A stretch of 64,000 bases of DNA. It comes from an uncultured Candidatus Rokubacteria bacterium (GTDB lineage Bacteria > Methylomirabilota > Methylomirabilia > Rokubacteriales > DASRDR01). The DNA lies in NCBI GenBank assembly GCA_963805625.1, contig CAWDVE010000017.1:384001-448000 (forward strand), in the 5' to 3' direction. Made by a program: the position numbers and the translations under genes. The notes below the pieces were generated by a model. That model was not told the DNA's origin and did no database searches. It saw nothing but the letters and a program-made list of their open reading frames with translations. Shown here in pieces: positions 38,454-49,615 of the stretch; within the stretch, counting starts at the first letter, position 1, and the number at the start of each line of letters is the position of its first letter.

Positions 38454-39655
38454 CGCCGGCGGGCGCCCGTCTGGCGCGCACCGCCGACGTGGTGATTATC
38501 GGGGGTGGGGTCACCGGTTGCTCGATCGCGTTCCACCTCGCCGAGCAGGGGGTGCGCGACATCCTCGTCCTCGAGCGACGGTTCCTGGCGTCCGGTGGCA
38601 CGGGCCGCTCCGTGGGGGTCATGCGGCAGCTCTATCCCACCGATGCGAGCTCGCGCATGGTGCTGCACTCGCTCCGCGTGTTCCAAGACTTCCGGGAGAT
38701 CACCGGGGGCGGCGACGCGGGGTACGTCCAGTGTGGCGCGCTCCTCGCGGTGGGCCTCGGCCAGCGCGACGCGCTCGCGCGAACCGTGGAGGCCCAGCGC
38801 GGGCTGGGCATCGACACGCGGCTGATCGGCCCCGACGACATCCGCGAGCTCGATCCGCGGATCGACCCCTTCGCCGTGGGGGCAGCGGTCTGGGAGTCCG
38901 AGTCGGGCTACGGCGATCCGACCGGCGTGACCGCCGGTTTCGCGCGAGGCGCCGCGCGAGCCGGTGTCGTCATCGAGCAGGGGGCCGAGGTCGTCGCCCT
39001 CGAGGTCGCGAGTGCTGCGATCGAGGCGGTCCGCCTGGCGAGCGGCCAGCGCGTCGCCGCGCGAGTCGTCGTGAACGCCGCCGGCCTGTGGTCGCCGGTG
39101 GTCGCGTCGCTCGCCGGAGTGACCCTGCCCATCATCGTGGGCCGTCATCCCGTCTTCGTCGTCCAGCGCGCGCCGGAGTTCGGGCGCCCCCATCCGGTCT
39201 ATCTCGACCTGGCGAGCGGGACGTTCCTCCGTCCCGAGACCGGGAGGCTCACGCTCACCGGATTCCTCGACGCGGACGAGCCGAACCATCCGCTGGATCC
39301 TGAGGCGCTCGGAAGCGACGTAGGCTTCGACGAGGTCGCCCGGATCATGGAGCGCGCCAGCCGTTGCATGCCGGCGCTCGGGGAGGCCCGCTATCAGCGG
39401 GGGTACGCGGGCGCCTTCGACATCACCCCGGACTGGATGCCGGTCCTTGACCAGACCCCGGTCCGCGGCCTGTACGTCGCGGCCGGCATGTCGGGCCACG
39501 GCTTCAAGCTCTCGCCGGCCGTGGGCCGGATGATGGCGGACCTGATCACCCGGGGACGCTCGGACCTGGCCGACCTGCGGGCCTTCCGGCTCGATCGCTT
39601 CGCCGCCGCGCCGCACGACGCCGGCGGCGCCTTCTCGCACTCCTATCTCCACTGA
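38450..39655 (+). CDS. FAD-dependent oxidoreductase (DAO/sarcosine oxidase beta family)
   Basis: VVIIGGGVTG, GGTGRSVG, DITPDWMPV, GMSGHGFKLSPAVG. Confidence 0.9.
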   Translation: MTPAGARLARTADVVIIGGGVTGCSIAFHLAEQGVRDILVLERRFLASGGTGRSVGVMRQLYPTDASSRMVLHSLRVFQDFREITGGGDAGYVQCGALLAVGLGQRDALARTVEAQRGLGIDTRLIGPDDIRELDPRIDPFAVGAAVWESESGYGDPTGVTAGFARGAARAGVVIEQGAEVVALEVASAAIEAVRLASGQRVAARVVVNAAGLWSPVVASLAGVTLPIIVGRHPVFVVQRAPEFGRPHPVYLDLASGTFLRPETGRLTLTGFLDADEPNHPLDPEALGSDVGFDEVARIMERASRCMPALGEARYQRGYAGAFDITPDWMPVLDQTPVRGLYVAAGMSGHGFKLSPAVGRMMADLITRGRSDLADLRAFRLDRFAAAPHDAGGAFSHSYLH

Positions 39656-39737
39656 TTGGCCACGCGCCCCTGGGGCGGGCAGCTGGCCGACGCGAGGTTT
39701 CCGGCGCTCGGGCCGTCGGGGGTAGAGTGGGGCGCGC

Positions 39738-41561
39738 ATGCAGACGGCCGTGGTACCCCCCCTCGCCGCCGCGCGCCCCAGGATCGGGGCGGCTCTGCTG
39801 GTCCCGATGGCTCTTGCCGCGGCGGCCGCGGTGGCCTTCCTCCCGATCCTCGGGAACGGTTTTGTCGACTGGGACGACACGCGGAATTTCCTCGGCAACC
39901 CCCACTATCGCGGACTCGGGTGGACCCAGCTCCGGTGGATGGCGACCGAGAGCCACCACGGGCACTTCGTCCCGCTGGCGTGGCTCACCCTCGCGCTCGA
40001 CTACGTCGTCTGGGGGATGAAGCCCGCAGGCTACCACCTGACCAGCCTCGTAATACATGCGGCGGCGACGGCCGTCTTCTACTTCGTCGCGCGGGCGCTG
40101 ATCGTCCGAGCCACGCCCGTGGCGGCGGGCGCGGCGACGACGGGCGCGGCGGCGGCGGCATTGCTCTTCGGGCTCCACCCATTGCGGGTCGAGTCCGTCG
40201 CCTGGGCGACCGAGCGCCGGGACGTCCTCTTGGGCCTGTTTTTTCTCCTGACCGTGCTCGCCTACGTGCGATCAACCGCCGCCACGGGAGCACGCCGGCG
40301 CTGGCTTCTCGGCGCGTCGGTCGCCGCGCACCTGGCGGCGCTCTTGTCCAAGTCGATCACCATCACGGCGCCGCTCGTGCTGGTCCTGCTGGATATCTAT
40401 CCGCTCAGACGCCTTCCCGGCGCCTCTAACCGGTGGGCCTCCAGGTCGGCGGCGCGGGTCCTGGGCGAGAAGCTGCCCCACGCGGCGCTGAGTGCGGCGC
40501 AGGCGCTCCTGACCTACCAGTTCTTCCGGGCCGACTTCGGCGCCGTCGGACGGCTTCTCCACTGGCACGAGGGCTTGGCCCGCATCCTGCTGAGCCTCTG
40601 GTTCTATCCGCTGAAGACGCTGGTCCCGGTCGGCCTCTCGCCCCTCTACGAGGCGCCGGTGAGCCCCAGCCTGATCGACCCCTCGGTGCTGTGGGCCGCG
40701 ACAGGGATCACCCTCGTCACGGCCCTCGGGTGGCTGCTCCGGCACCGCTGTTCTGGCGTCGCCACGGCCTGGGCCTCCTACATCATCATGCTCGCGCCCG
40801 TGTCGGGTGCCGCGTCGCTCGGGCATCACCTCACGGCCGACCGGTACAGCTACCTCCCGTGTCTCGGCTTCGCGGTCCTGGCGGGGGGGCATCACGCTCG
40901 CCCTGAACACGCCCACGCGCCGGCCGGCCCGGCGCTGGATCGTCCCGCTGGTGCTGGGAGTAACGACGGTCGCGGTCGTCGGGCTGGGCGTACTCACGTG
41001 GCGGCAGGCGCGGGTCTGGCGTGACACGGCGAGCCTCTGGGGGCAAGCGGTGCGGGCGACCCCCGGCTGCGTGATCTGCCAGGTGAATCTTGGGCACCAG
41101 TTTCTGGAGGCAAGCGCGCCGGACGCCGCTCTCGGGCACTTCCGCCGGGCGCTCGTGCTCCAGCCGAACCGCGCTGAGACCTATCGGAGCCTCGGCCTGG
41201 CCCTCGAAGCGCTAGGTCGCCGCGACGAGGCCGTCGACGCCTACCGGGGGGGCTCGCGCTCGCGCCCCATGGCCTGGCCGTTTGGCTCTCGCTCGCCACC
41301 GCGTTGCTCGCCGCTGGCCACCTCGAGCAGACGGTCGGCGTGGTCGACGGGGCGTGGCGCTTCCACGAGCCCACGGCGCTCCTGCATTACTTCGAGGACG
41401 TGGTGCGCCACAAGCCGGACGCACCAGTGCCGCGGTTTGGGCTCGTTCGAGCCTGGCGCGCCCTCGGAGAACGGGAGCGGGCTCGGTCCGAACTCGAAGT
41501 CCTCCGCCGGCTCCACCCAGGTCTCGCGGGCCTGGTCGTCGCGGCGGGTGAGCTGTCGTGA
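39738..41561 (+). pseudogene. TMTC-like membrane glycosyltransferase with TPRs, two frameshifts at G7 tracts (40883-40889, 41246-41252)
   Basis: FVDWDD, LHPLRVESVAWATERRDVL, ADRYSYLP; reading continues in three segments matching the intact downstream paralog. Confidence 0.8.
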
Positions 41562-43363
41562 GGGGGATCCCCGGCTCCCTCCCGGCGTGGCGTGGCTGGG
41601 CGCCCGGTCTTGCCGTGGCCGCCGTGACGGCGCTCGTCTTTTCGCGGTCGGTCGGGCTCGGGTTCGTCGCGTGGGACGACGAGATCCTTCTCGCCTCGAA
41701 CCCGGCGTTCCGAGGCCTCGGCTGGGAGCAGCTGCGATGGATGGCCGAGAACGCATTACTCGGGCACTGGGTGCCGCTCACGTGGCTGTCCTTCGCCCTC
41801 GACTACGCTGTCTGGGGGCTCCGCCCCGCCGGCTACCATCTGACGAACGTGCTGCTCCACGCGGTGAACGCCGGGCTCGCCTACGCCCTGGCGGACCAGC
41901 TCCTCCAGAGGGCGACGCCATGGCCGGCCCGCGTCTGCCGGCTCGGCGGAGTGGCGGCCTCGCTCCTCTGGGCTCTCCACCCCATGCGCGTCGAAGCGGT
42001 CTCGTGGCTGACCGGACGGCGCGACGTTCTCTCCGGGTTCTTCCTGCTCCTGACGGTCCTGGCGTACGTTCGGGCCACGGAGACGGAGGAGCGCCGTCGC
42101 GTGTGGCTTCTTGCCTCCCTCTTCACCTACGTTCTGGCCCTCGGCTCGAAGGCGGTCGTGATGGTCCTGCCCGCGGCTCTTGCCGCGCTGGAGTGGTACC
42201 CACTCGGCGGCCTCGGTGGGAGGCGACGCGACGGGCACGATCGGTGGCGCGCGGGCGCCTGGTCGCGCCTCGCGCCGTTCGGGGTTCTTGCGGCTCTCGC
42301 GGCGGTCGTGTCATACGTGACCCAGGGCCGGGGCTCGGGCGTTCGCGTCCTCGGCATCGCCGAGTGGCTCGGGACGCTCACCGGCACGCTGGGGATCCAG
42401 CTCTCGAAGACCCTGCTCCCGGTCGGACTCTCGCCACTCTACGAGATGCCGCCGCTGATCGACCTGCGCGCGCCGCGGTACTGGGTGGCCGCCCTCGCCG
42501 CGGCGACGATCACCGTTGCCGTCGTGAGGCTCTGGCGGCGCGGGCCAGCGGGGCTCGTGGCCTGGGTGTGGTTCCTGGGGTTCCTGGCGCCGGTCACGGC
42601 GATGGCCCACGCGGGCCCACAGCTGACCGCCGACCGTTATGGCTACCTCCCCGCGCTGAGTCTTTCGGTGCTCGCGGGAGCGTTCGTGGCGACCGCCGCC
42701 CGGCCTGGCTGGATGCTGACCGGTGCGGGCGCCGCCGTGGCCCCGACCACGCTCGTGGTGCTCGTCGGCCTGGCCGGGCTCAGCTGGCAGCAGCAGGGTG
42801 CCTGGCAGGACAAGGGCACCCTGTGGGCGCACGCCGTACGCGTGACGCCCGAGTGCGTGCGCTGCCACGTGAACCTCGGTAACTGGCTTGGGGACCAGGG
42901 GCGGCTGACCGAGGCGATCGCCCACTACGACCGCGCGCTCGAGCTCGACCCGCGACGGGTCGAGCTCCACGCCAACGCCGGGCTCGCTCTCGCGCGCCTA
43001 GGCCGTTTCGGCGAGGCGGTGTCCCGATACGAGAGCGTGCTGGCCCGCTATCCCGACCGAGTGGGCGTTCGAGTGAGCCTGGCGGTGGCCCTCGTCGCCG
43101 TCGATCGCGTGCTGGAGGCTGTCGGGCGTCTCGAGGAGGCGGCTCGATTCAGTTCACCGGCCGCACTGGTCGACTACTTCCAGCAGCTCACGGACGCCCA
43201 GCCCGGCGCACCGATCCCACGGCTCGGCCTCCTCCAGGCCTACGCTCGCGTCGGGGATGGCGTTCGGGCGCGTGAGGCCCATGAGACGCTTGCGAGGCTC
43301 CACCCCGCGCTGGCCGTCGCGAGTCACGCTGAGGCGACGGGCTCCCGCGCCACCCGGCCGTGA
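41558..43363 (+). CDS. TMTC-like (putative protein O-mannosyltransferase-type) GT-C protein with C-terminal TPRs
   Basis: FVAWDD, GYHLTNVLLH, LHPMRVEAVSWLTGRRDVL, ADRYGYLP, TPRs. Confidence 0.82.
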   Translation: MRGIPGSLPAWRGWAPGLAVAAVTALVFSRSVGLGFVAWDDEILLASNPAFRGLGWEQLRWMAENALLGHWVPLTWLSFALDYAVWGLRPAGYHLTNVLLHAVNAGLAYALADQLLQRATPWPARVCRLGGVAASLLWALHPMRVEAVSWLTGRRDVLSGFFLLLTVLAYVRATETEERRRVWLLASLFTYVLALGSKAVVMVLPAALAALEWYPLGGLGGRRRDGHDRWRAGAWSRLAPFGVLAALAAVVSYVTQGRGSGVRVLGIAEWLGTLTGTLGIQLSKTLLPVGLSPLYEMPPLIDLRAPRYWVAALAAATITVAVVRLWRRGPAGLVAWVWFLGFLAPVTAMAHAGPQLTADRYGYLPALSLSVLAGAFVATAARPGWMLTGAGAAVAPTTLVVLVGLAGLSWQQQGAWQDKGTLWAHAVRVTPECVRCHVNLGNWLGDQGRLTEAIAHYDRALELDPRRVELHANAGLALARLGRFGEAVSRYESVLARYPDRVGVRVSLAVALVAVDRVLEAVGRLEEAARFSSPAALVDYFQQLTDAQPGAPIPRLGLLQAYARVGDGVRAREAHETLARLHPALAVASHAEATGSRATRP

Positions 43364-43758
43364 GACCGCGCTGTCCGTTGTGGGCCTGCCTCGTCGCCCT
43401 GCTGCTGATCGGCGGTACGGCCGGCGCCGTCGAGGCCGACCGGCCCGAGATCCTGAACGTCGCGATCCCGGGCCGCCTGGTCGCCGGCCAGGCGGGGGCG
43501 GCGCGCATCACGTACCGTGCGCGTCGGGCCAACGTCGTCGCGGTGATCCAGGTCATCGAGGACCTGGACGGCGCTCGGCGGGTAACCTCCCAGCGGGAGG
43601 TCGGCGTCGTCGCCGCCGCGTTCGGCCGCGAGGAGGGCGATCTCGTGCTGGCGCTCGGGTTCGCGACACCGGGCCGGAAACGGGTGGTGTTCACCCTCCT
43701 GACCGACGAGCGCGAGGAAAGCGATCCGGCTCGCATCGAAGTCGACGTCGCCCCGTAA
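43360..43758 (+). CDS. Hypothetical exported beta-rich protein
   Basis: GTGA overlap with upstream stop; signal peptide ending AGA. Confidence 0.65.
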   Translation: MRPRCPLWACLVALLLIGGTAGAVEADRPEILNVAIPGRLVAGQAGAARITYRARRANVVAVIQVIEDLDGARRVTSQREVGVVAAAFGREEGDLVLALGFATPGRKRVVFTLLTDEREESDPARIEVDVAP

Positions 43759-43780
43759 TCTCGGACGGAGGCCGCCGCGG

Positions 43781-43809
43781 TTGAAAATCGGGAGGGGCGA
43801 GGGGATAAT
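43781..43809 (+). promoter_or_regulatory. sigma70 promoter of gcv operon
   Basis: TTGAAA-17-GATAAT. Confidence 0.65.
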
Positions 43810-43854
43810 AGCGACCGCTTTGCGCACCTCCCGAGGACGAGAGGACCAACCCCG

Positions 43855-44976
43855 ATGACCCAGTCCGAGACCGCGCTGAAACGCACTCCGCTCCACGCGG
43901 CCCACGTTCGTCTGGGCGCCCGGATGATCCCGTTCGGCGGCTGGGACATGCCCGTTCAGTACTCGGGCATCGTGGAGGAGCATCGCGCGGTGCGGAGCGC
44001 CGTGGGCTGCTTCGACGTGAGTCACATGGGGGAGTTCGAGTTCCGTGGACCGGATGCGCTCCGGGTGCTCCAGCGGCTCACGACGAACGACGTCTCGACG
44101 CTCGAGGTGGGTCAGGTCCAGTACTCGCTCCTCTGTTACGAGGACGGCGGGATCGTGGACGACCTGACGCTGTACCGGCTCACCGACGACCACTACATGA
44201 TGACGGTGAATGCCTCCAACATCGACAAGGACTGGGCGTGGGTGAGTCGCCACCTTAGCGATTGGGACGGTCGGGTGGACGCGCGGAACGTGAGCGAGGA
44301 GACGGGGTTGATCGCCGTCCAGGGGCCGCACGCCGAGCGGCTCCTGGGACGTCTGTCGGACGTGGACGTTCCGAGGATCGGCTACTACCACTTCCGTCGT
44401 GGCCGGGTGGCGGGTGTGCCGGGAATCGTCTCCCGCACGGGCTACACGGGGGAGGACGGGTTCGAGCTGTATCTACCGGCCGCCAGCACCGAGGCGGTGT
44501 GGGAGCGGCTCCTGGCCGAGGGCAAGGGGGACGGCGCGGCGCCCATCGGGCTCGGCGCCCGGGACACGCTCCGGCTCGAGATGAAGTACGCACTCTACGG
44601 CAACGACATCGACGAGACCACGAATCCCCTCGAGGCCGGCCTCGGCTGGGTGGTCAAGCCTGCCAAGGGGGAGTTCATCGGCCGGGCCGTCATCGAGAGC
44701 GTCCGCGCGGCGGGGCTCCGACGCCGCCTCGCCGGTTTCGAAATGGTCGAGCGGGCGGTGGCCCGCCACGGCTACCCCATCCTCCACGAGGGCGCGGCCG
44801 TCGGCTTGGTGACCTCGGGCTCCTACGGGCCCTCGGTCGACAAGTACATCGGCATCGGCTACGTACCGGCGGCACTGGCCGCCGTGGGCTCCGCGATCGC
44901 GGTCGAGGTCCGAGGCCGCGGCCAGGCGGCTCGTGTCGTCAAGACCCCATTCCATCCGCCGCGCGTCAAGCGCTAG
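43855..44976 (+). CDS. gcvT: Glycine cleavage aminomethyltransferase
   Basis: FGGWDMPVQY, FDVSHMGE, SRTGYTGEDGFE, GLGARDTLRLE. Confidence 0.97.
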   Translation: MTQSETALKRTPLHAAHVRLGARMIPFGGWDMPVQYSGIVEEHRAVRSAVGCFDVSHMGEFEFRGPDALRVLQRLTTNDVSTLEVGQVQYSLLCYEDGGIVDDLTLYRLTDDHYMMTVNASNIDKDWAWVSRHLSDWDGRVDARNVSEETGLIAVQGPHAERLLGRLSDVDVPRIGYYHFRRGRVAGVPGIVSRTGYTGEDGFELYLPAASTEAVWERLLAEGKGDGAAPIGLGARDTLRLEMKYALYGNDIDETTNPLEAGLGWVVKPAKGEFIGRAVIESVRAAGLRRRLAGFEMVERAVARHGYPILHEGAAVGLVTSGSYGPSVDKYIGIGYVPAALAAVGSAIAVEVRGRGQAARVVKTPFHPPRVKR

Positions 44977-44985
44977 GAGAGACTG

Positions 44986-45381
44986 ATGGCGACGTATCCG
45001 GCCGAGCTGCGCTACACGCGCGAGCACGAGTGGGCGAAGATCGAGGGCAAGCGTGCCCGCGTGGGTATCACCCACTACGCGCAGGACCAGCTGGGCGATG
45101 TCGTCTTCGTCGAGCTGCCGAAGGTCGGCGCCAAGGTCACGCAGCTCCAGACCTTCGGGGTTGTCGAGTCCGTGAAGGCGGTGTCGGACCTGTTCGCGCC
45201 GCTCTCGGGAGTCGTGGTCGAGGTGAATCAGGAGCTTACGCAGCAGCCGGAGCGGGTCAACCGTGACCCCTACGGTGCCGGCTGGCTCGTCGTCGTCGAG
45301 CTGTCGAATCCCGCCGAGGCGGAGAAGCTGATGAGCGCGCCGCAATACGAGGAGTTCCTCAAGACGGCGGGAGGGCACTGA
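44986..45381 (+). CDS. gcvH: Glycine cleavage H protein
   Basis: HEW, LGDVVFVELP, VESVKAVSD. Confidence 0.97.
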   Translation: MATYPAELRYTREHEWAKIEGKRARVGITHYAQDQLGDVVFVELPKVGAKVTQLQTFGVVESVKAVSDLFAPLSGVVVEVNQELTQQPERVNRDPYGAGWLVVVELSNPAEAEKLMSAPQYEEFLKTAGGH

Positions 45382-45402
45382 GTCGTGCGACACGGCGAGA
45401 CG

Positions 45403-46746
45403 ATGCGCTACCTTTCGACGACCGACGCGCAGCGGGCGGAGATGCTGCGAACCATCGGTGTCGGCGACGTCGAGGCGCTGATCGAGCGGATCCCCTCGAA
45501 GGCGCGGCTCGGCCGGGATCTGGCCATCCCCGCCGCGCTCGCCGAGGGTGACCTGATCGCCCACCTCCGAGTCCTCGCCGAGCGGAACGCCGACGCTGAT
45601 CACTACGTGACGTTTCTCGGGGGTGGCGCCTACGACCACTACATCCCGAGCGTGATCAACCACATGCTCCTCCGCGGCGAGTTCTTCACCGCGTACACGC
45701 CCTATCAGCCCGAGGCGAGCCAGGGGACGCTGCGTTCGATCTACGAGTACCAGACGATGATCTGCGAGCTGACCGGCCTGGACGTCACGAACGCCTCGCT
45801 CTACGACGGCGGGTCCGCGCTGGCGGAAGCCGCCCTCATGGCGCACGGCGTAACGGAGCGGGAGCAGATCGTGGTCTCCGGGGCACTGTCGCCTCTGGCC
45901 CGGCGGGTCGTGGAGACGTACTGCGCGGGGCCGCGTCTCCCGGTGAAGACCGTGGCGTGGGCGGACGGTGTGACGGACCTCGATGCCCTCCGCAAGGCGG
46001 TGACGGGCAAGACCGCGTGCGTCATGGTCCAGTACCCGAACTTCTTCGGGTGCCTGGAGGACCTCGACCAGGCGGCGGCGATCGCCCACGAGCGCGGCGC
46101 CCTGTTCGTCGTGAGCGTGGATCCGGTCGCTCTCGCGCTCCTCCGGCCGCCGGGCGAGGCCGGCGCCGACATCGTGGTCGGCGAGGGTCAGGGGCTGGGG
46201 AACCACCTCAACTTCGGGGGTCCCTACCTCGGCCTGTTCTCCTGCCGGAAGGAGCTCATACGCCGGATGCCCGGCCGCCTGGTCGGGGCCACCGTGGACC
46301 GTGACGGCAAGCGCGGGTTCGTCCTGACGCTCCAGACGCGGGAGCAGCACATCCGCCGCGAGAAGGCCACCTCGAACATCTGCACGAACGTGGCGCTCAT
46401 CGCCTTGGCCGCGACGATCCACATGGCGCTCCTCGGCAAGGAGGGGCTCCGGCGGGCGGCCACCCTGTCCACGGCGAAGGCGCACTACGCCGCGGAGGCG
46501 CTTGGGCGGGTGCCCGGGGTGGGCGCGCGGTTCCCTGCGCCCTTCTTCAAGGAGTTCGCACTCCGGCTGCCGAAGAACCCGGGGACGGTGCTACGCGCCC
46601 TCCGGCGGCGCCGCATCCTGGGCGGCGTCGCGCTCGCCCAGTTCGACCGGAAGCTCAAGGATTCCATCCTCGTCGCGGTGACGGAGCGACGGACCCGGGC
46701 CGAGATCGACGCCTATGCCGAGGCCCTCGCGTCGGCGGTCGCGTGA
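45403..46746 (+). CDS. gcvPA: Glycine dehydrogenase subunit 1
   Basis: [32 protein letters not shown]. Confidence 0.96.
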   Translation: MRYLSTTDAQRAEMLRTIGVGDVEALIERIPSKARLGRDLAIPAALAEGDLIAHLRVLAERNADADHYVTFLGGGAYDHYIPSVINHMLLRGEFFTAYTPYQPEASQGTLRSIYEYQTMICELTGLDVTNASLYDGGSALAEAALMAHGVTEREQIVVSGALSPLARRVVETYCAGPRLPVKTVAWADGVTDLDALRKAVTGKTACVMVQYPNFFGCLEDLDQAAAIAHERGALFVVSVDPVALALLRPPGEAGADIVVGEGQGLGNHLNFGGPYLGLFSCRKELIRRMPGRLVGATVDRDGKRGFVLTLQTREQHIRREKATSNICTNVALIALAATIHMALLGKEGLRRAATLSTAKAHYAAEALGRVPGVGARFPAPFFKEFALRLPKNPGTVLRALRRRRILGGVALAQFDRKLKDSILVAVTERRTRAEIDAYAEALASAVA

Positions 46747-46757
46747 AGGGGACGACG

Positions 46758-48227
46758 ATGAACGAGTACGACGGGCTGGTCTTCGAGCAGTCGGTGCCGG
46801 GCCGCGTCGGCTATTCACTGCCGGAGGCGGACGTCCCGGAGGCCGATCCCGCGCGCCTCCTGCCGGCGACGCACCTCCGGCGCCGGCTCGCGGCCCTGCC
46901 CGAGGTCAGCGAGTTCGACGCCGTGCGCCACTACACGCGCCTGAGCCGCATGAACTATGGGGTGGACACGCATTTCTACCCTCTCGGCTCCTGCACCATG
47001 AAGTACAACCCCAAGATCAACGAGGACATGGCCCGCCTGCCGGGCTTCGCGCGGCTCCATCCCCTCACGCCCGAGGACGCCTCACAGGGGGCGCTCCAGC
47101 TCATGGGCGAGCTCGGCGAGATCCTGGCCGAGATCGTCGGGATGGACGCCGTCTCGCTCCAGCCGGCGGCCGGAGCGCAGGGTGAGCTGACGGGGGTCCT
47201 GATGATCCGGGCATTTCACCTGGATCGGGAGGGGAGCCCGCGGAAGAAGGTCCTCGTCCCGGACTCGGCTCACGGCACGAATCCCGCGTCCACCGCGATC
47301 GCCGGCTACCAGACGGTGCAGATCAAGTCCGACGCCAACGGCGAGGTGGACCTCCTCGACCTCGAGCGGAACCTCGACGAGGATGTCGCCGCGCTGATGA
47401 TCACCGTGCCCAACACGCTCGGGCTTTTCGAGTCTCGCATCCTCGAGGCGACGGCACTGTGTCACGCCAAGGGTGCCCAGGTCTACATGGACGGGGCGAA
47501 CCTGAACGCGCTGCTCGGCCTCACGCGGTCGGGCGACCTCGGGTTCGACGTGGTCCACATGAACCTCCACAAGACGTTCACCACGCCGCACGGTGGCGGG
47601 GGGCCCGGAGCCGGGCCGGTCGCGTTCAAGGCCCACCTGGCGCCCTTCATGCCCACTCCCGTGGTGACCCGCGACGCCGATGCGTGGCGACTGGACTGGA
47701 AGCGGCCGAAATCCATCGGCAAGATGCAGTCGTTCTGGGGCAACTTCGGGATGCACGTCCGGGCGTACACGTACATCCGCACGATGGGGCCGGATGGGCT
47801 CCGGGCGGTCTCGGAGAACGCGATCCTCAACGCCAACTACATCCGGGCTCGTCTCCTGCCGCACTACGACCTACCCTACGAGGGCGCCTCGATGCACGAG
47901 GTCGTCTTCTCCGCCCGTCGCCAAAAGGCGCAAGGTATCTCGGCCACGGACATCGCCAAGCGGCTGCTCGATCTCGGCTTCTACGCTCCCTCGATCTATT
48001 TCCCGCTCATCGTCGAGGAGGCGATGATGATCGAGCCCACCGAGACGGAGTCCAAGGAGACGCTCGACCAGTTCTGCGACGCGATGATCCGGATCGCCGG
48101 AGAGGCCGCGTCGAGCCCGAGCACGCTCCTGGAGGCGCCGGTGACGACGCCGGTACGGCGGCTCGACCAGACTCAGGCGGCGCGGCAGCCAAACCTTCGG
48201 TGGACGCCGCGGGAGCCGGCTCCCTGA
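46758..48227 (+). CDS. gcvPB: Glycine dehydrogenase subunit 2
   Basis: [35 protein letters not shown]. Confidence 0.96.
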   Translation: MNEYDGLVFEQSVPGRVGYSLPEADVPEADPARLLPATHLRRRLAALPEVSEFDAVRHYTRLSRMNYGVDTHFYPLGSCTMKYNPKINEDMARLPGFARLHPLTPEDASQGALQLMGELGEILAEIVGMDAVSLQPAAGAQGELTGVLMIRAFHLDREGSPRKKVLVPDSAHGTNPASTAIAGYQTVQIKSDANGEVDLLDLERNLDEDVAALMITVPNTLGLFESRILEATALCHAKGAQVYMDGANLNALLGLTRSGDLGFDVVHMNLHKTFTTPHGGGGPGAGPVAFKAHLAPFMPTPVVTRDADAWRLDWKRPKSIGKMQSFWGNFGMHVRAYTYIRTMGPDGLRAVSENAILNANYIRARLLPHYDLPYEGASMHEVVFSARRQKAQGISATDIAKRLLDLGFYAPSIYFPLIVEEAMMIEPTETESKETLDQFCDAMIRIAGEAASSPSTLLEAPVTTPVRRLDQTQAARQPNLRWTPREPAP

Positions 48228-48288
48228 GTAGGGCGGCCGCGCGTCGCGTCGACGCGCCAAGACCTCCGACCGCCGGCACCTGAGCGCG

Positions 48289-49146
48289 ATGCCCAGAGGC
48301 CTAGGCTGGCGCCTCCTGGTCACGGAGCCCCTCGACGGGGCGACGAACATGGCGCTGGACGAGGCCCTCCTCCGCGGCAGGATCCGGGCGTCGGGCGCGC
48401 CCACGGTGCGGTTCTACGGCTGGCGCCCCGCCACCGTGTCCCTGGGCTACGCGCAGCCGCTCGACGAGACGGTGGACCGGGCGCGGTGCCGCGCGATGGG
48501 CATCGGCCTCGTGCGGCGCCCCACCGGTGGCAGTGCGATTCTCCACGAGCCGCCGGAACGCGAGGTCACGTACAGCGTCGTCGCCCGGGAAGGCGACTTT
48601 CCGGGCGCGGACGACGTGCTCGCGACCTACCGCATTCTCGGTCAGGGGTTCGCCGCCGGGCTCGGGCGACTGGGCGTGGCGGCCGACCTGGTGCCGCTCG
48701 TCCGGGGCCGACGGGACGGATCGCCGGCGTTCTGCTTCCGTCGTGCGGGGGCATACGAGATCGCCGTCAGAGGCCGGAAGCTCGTCGGCAGTGCCCAGCG
48801 CCGGCAGCGCGGCTCGTTCCTCCAGCACGGGTCCGTCCTCCTCGGCGCGGACCCGGCCCGGATCCGCGCGGCCTTCCCGCGCGAGGTGGATCCCACGTCA
48901 GGGATGACCACGCTCGCCGACGAGCTGGGGCGCTCCCCAGGCTTCGATGCGGTCGTGGAGGCCCTCGCCGCGGGACTCGCGGAGGCGCTTGGTGTCCCGC
49001 TCGTGCCGGCGGGGCTGTCGCCGGACGAGAGCGCGCTCGTGGAATCGCTCGTCGCGGGCAAGTACGGCACGGAAGCCTGGACGGTAGACGGGCGGCTGCC
49101 GGAAGGTGTCGGGGCTGCCGGGACGCCGGCGGGCGCGATCTCCTGA
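48289..49146 (+). CDS. Lipoate-protein ligase / LipM-like octanoyltransferase
   Basis: NMALDEALL, RRPTGGSAILH, RKLVGSAQ, LQHGS. Confidence 0.9.
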   Translation: MPRGLGWRLLVTEPLDGATNMALDEALLRGRIRASGAPTVRFYGWRPATVSLGYAQPLDETVDRARCRAMGIGLVRRPTGGSAILHEPPEREVTYSVVAREGDFPGADDVLATYRILGQGFAAGLGRLGVAADLVPLVRGRRDGSPAFCFRRAGAYEIAVRGRKLVGSAQRRQRGSFLQHGSVLLGADPARIRAAFPREVDPTSGMTTLADELGRSPGFDAVVEALAAGLAEALGVPLVPAGLSPDESALVESLVAGKYGTEAWTVDGRLPEGVGAAGTPAGAIS

Positions 49147-49165
49147 GAGGCGCGGCCCCGATCGC

Positions 49166-49615
49166 GTGCGGGAGTATCCGGCTGCGCCGCTGGTGGGGGT
49201 TGGCGCCGTCGTCGTCGACGGTGGCCGCGTGCTCCTCGTCCAGCGCGGTCAGCCGCCGGCGCTCGGGCGCTGGAGCCTTCCGGGCGGCCTCGTCGATGTG
49301 GGCGAGCCGCTCGAGGCGGCGGTTCGTCGCGAGGTGGCCGAGGAGTGCGGCCTCGCCGTGGACGTTCACGACCTGGTGGGGGTGGTCGACCGGATCATCC
49401 GGGATGCCGGCGGCCGGGTCCGTTACCACTACGTGTTGCTGGACTATCTTGCCACCCCGACGGCCGGGTGCGCCGAGGCGGGTTCGGATGCGCTCGCGGT
49501 CCAGTGGTGCGAGCCGGACGCGCTCGGCGCGCTGGACGTGACGGAGGGGGTCGAATCCATGGTGCGCCGAGCCTTCGCCCTCGAGGCGGAGCGTCGGCGG
49601 GAGGAGCAAGGATGA
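49166..49615 (+). CDS. NUDIX hydrolase
   Basis: WSLPGGLVDVGEPLEAAVRREVAEECGL Nudix box. Confidence 0.92.
   Translation: MREYPAAPLVGVGAVVVDGGRVLLVQRGQPPALGRWSLPGGLVDVGEPLEAAVRREVAEECGLAVDVHDLVGVVDRIIRDAGGRVRYHYVLLDYLATPTAGCAEAGSDALAVQWCEPDALGALDVTEGVESMVRRAFALEAERRREEQG

Noticed and set aside
43759-43854. Glycine riboswitch upstream of gcvT
   Set aside because: Only ~40 nt between the predicted promoter and ATG; no aptamer motif seen
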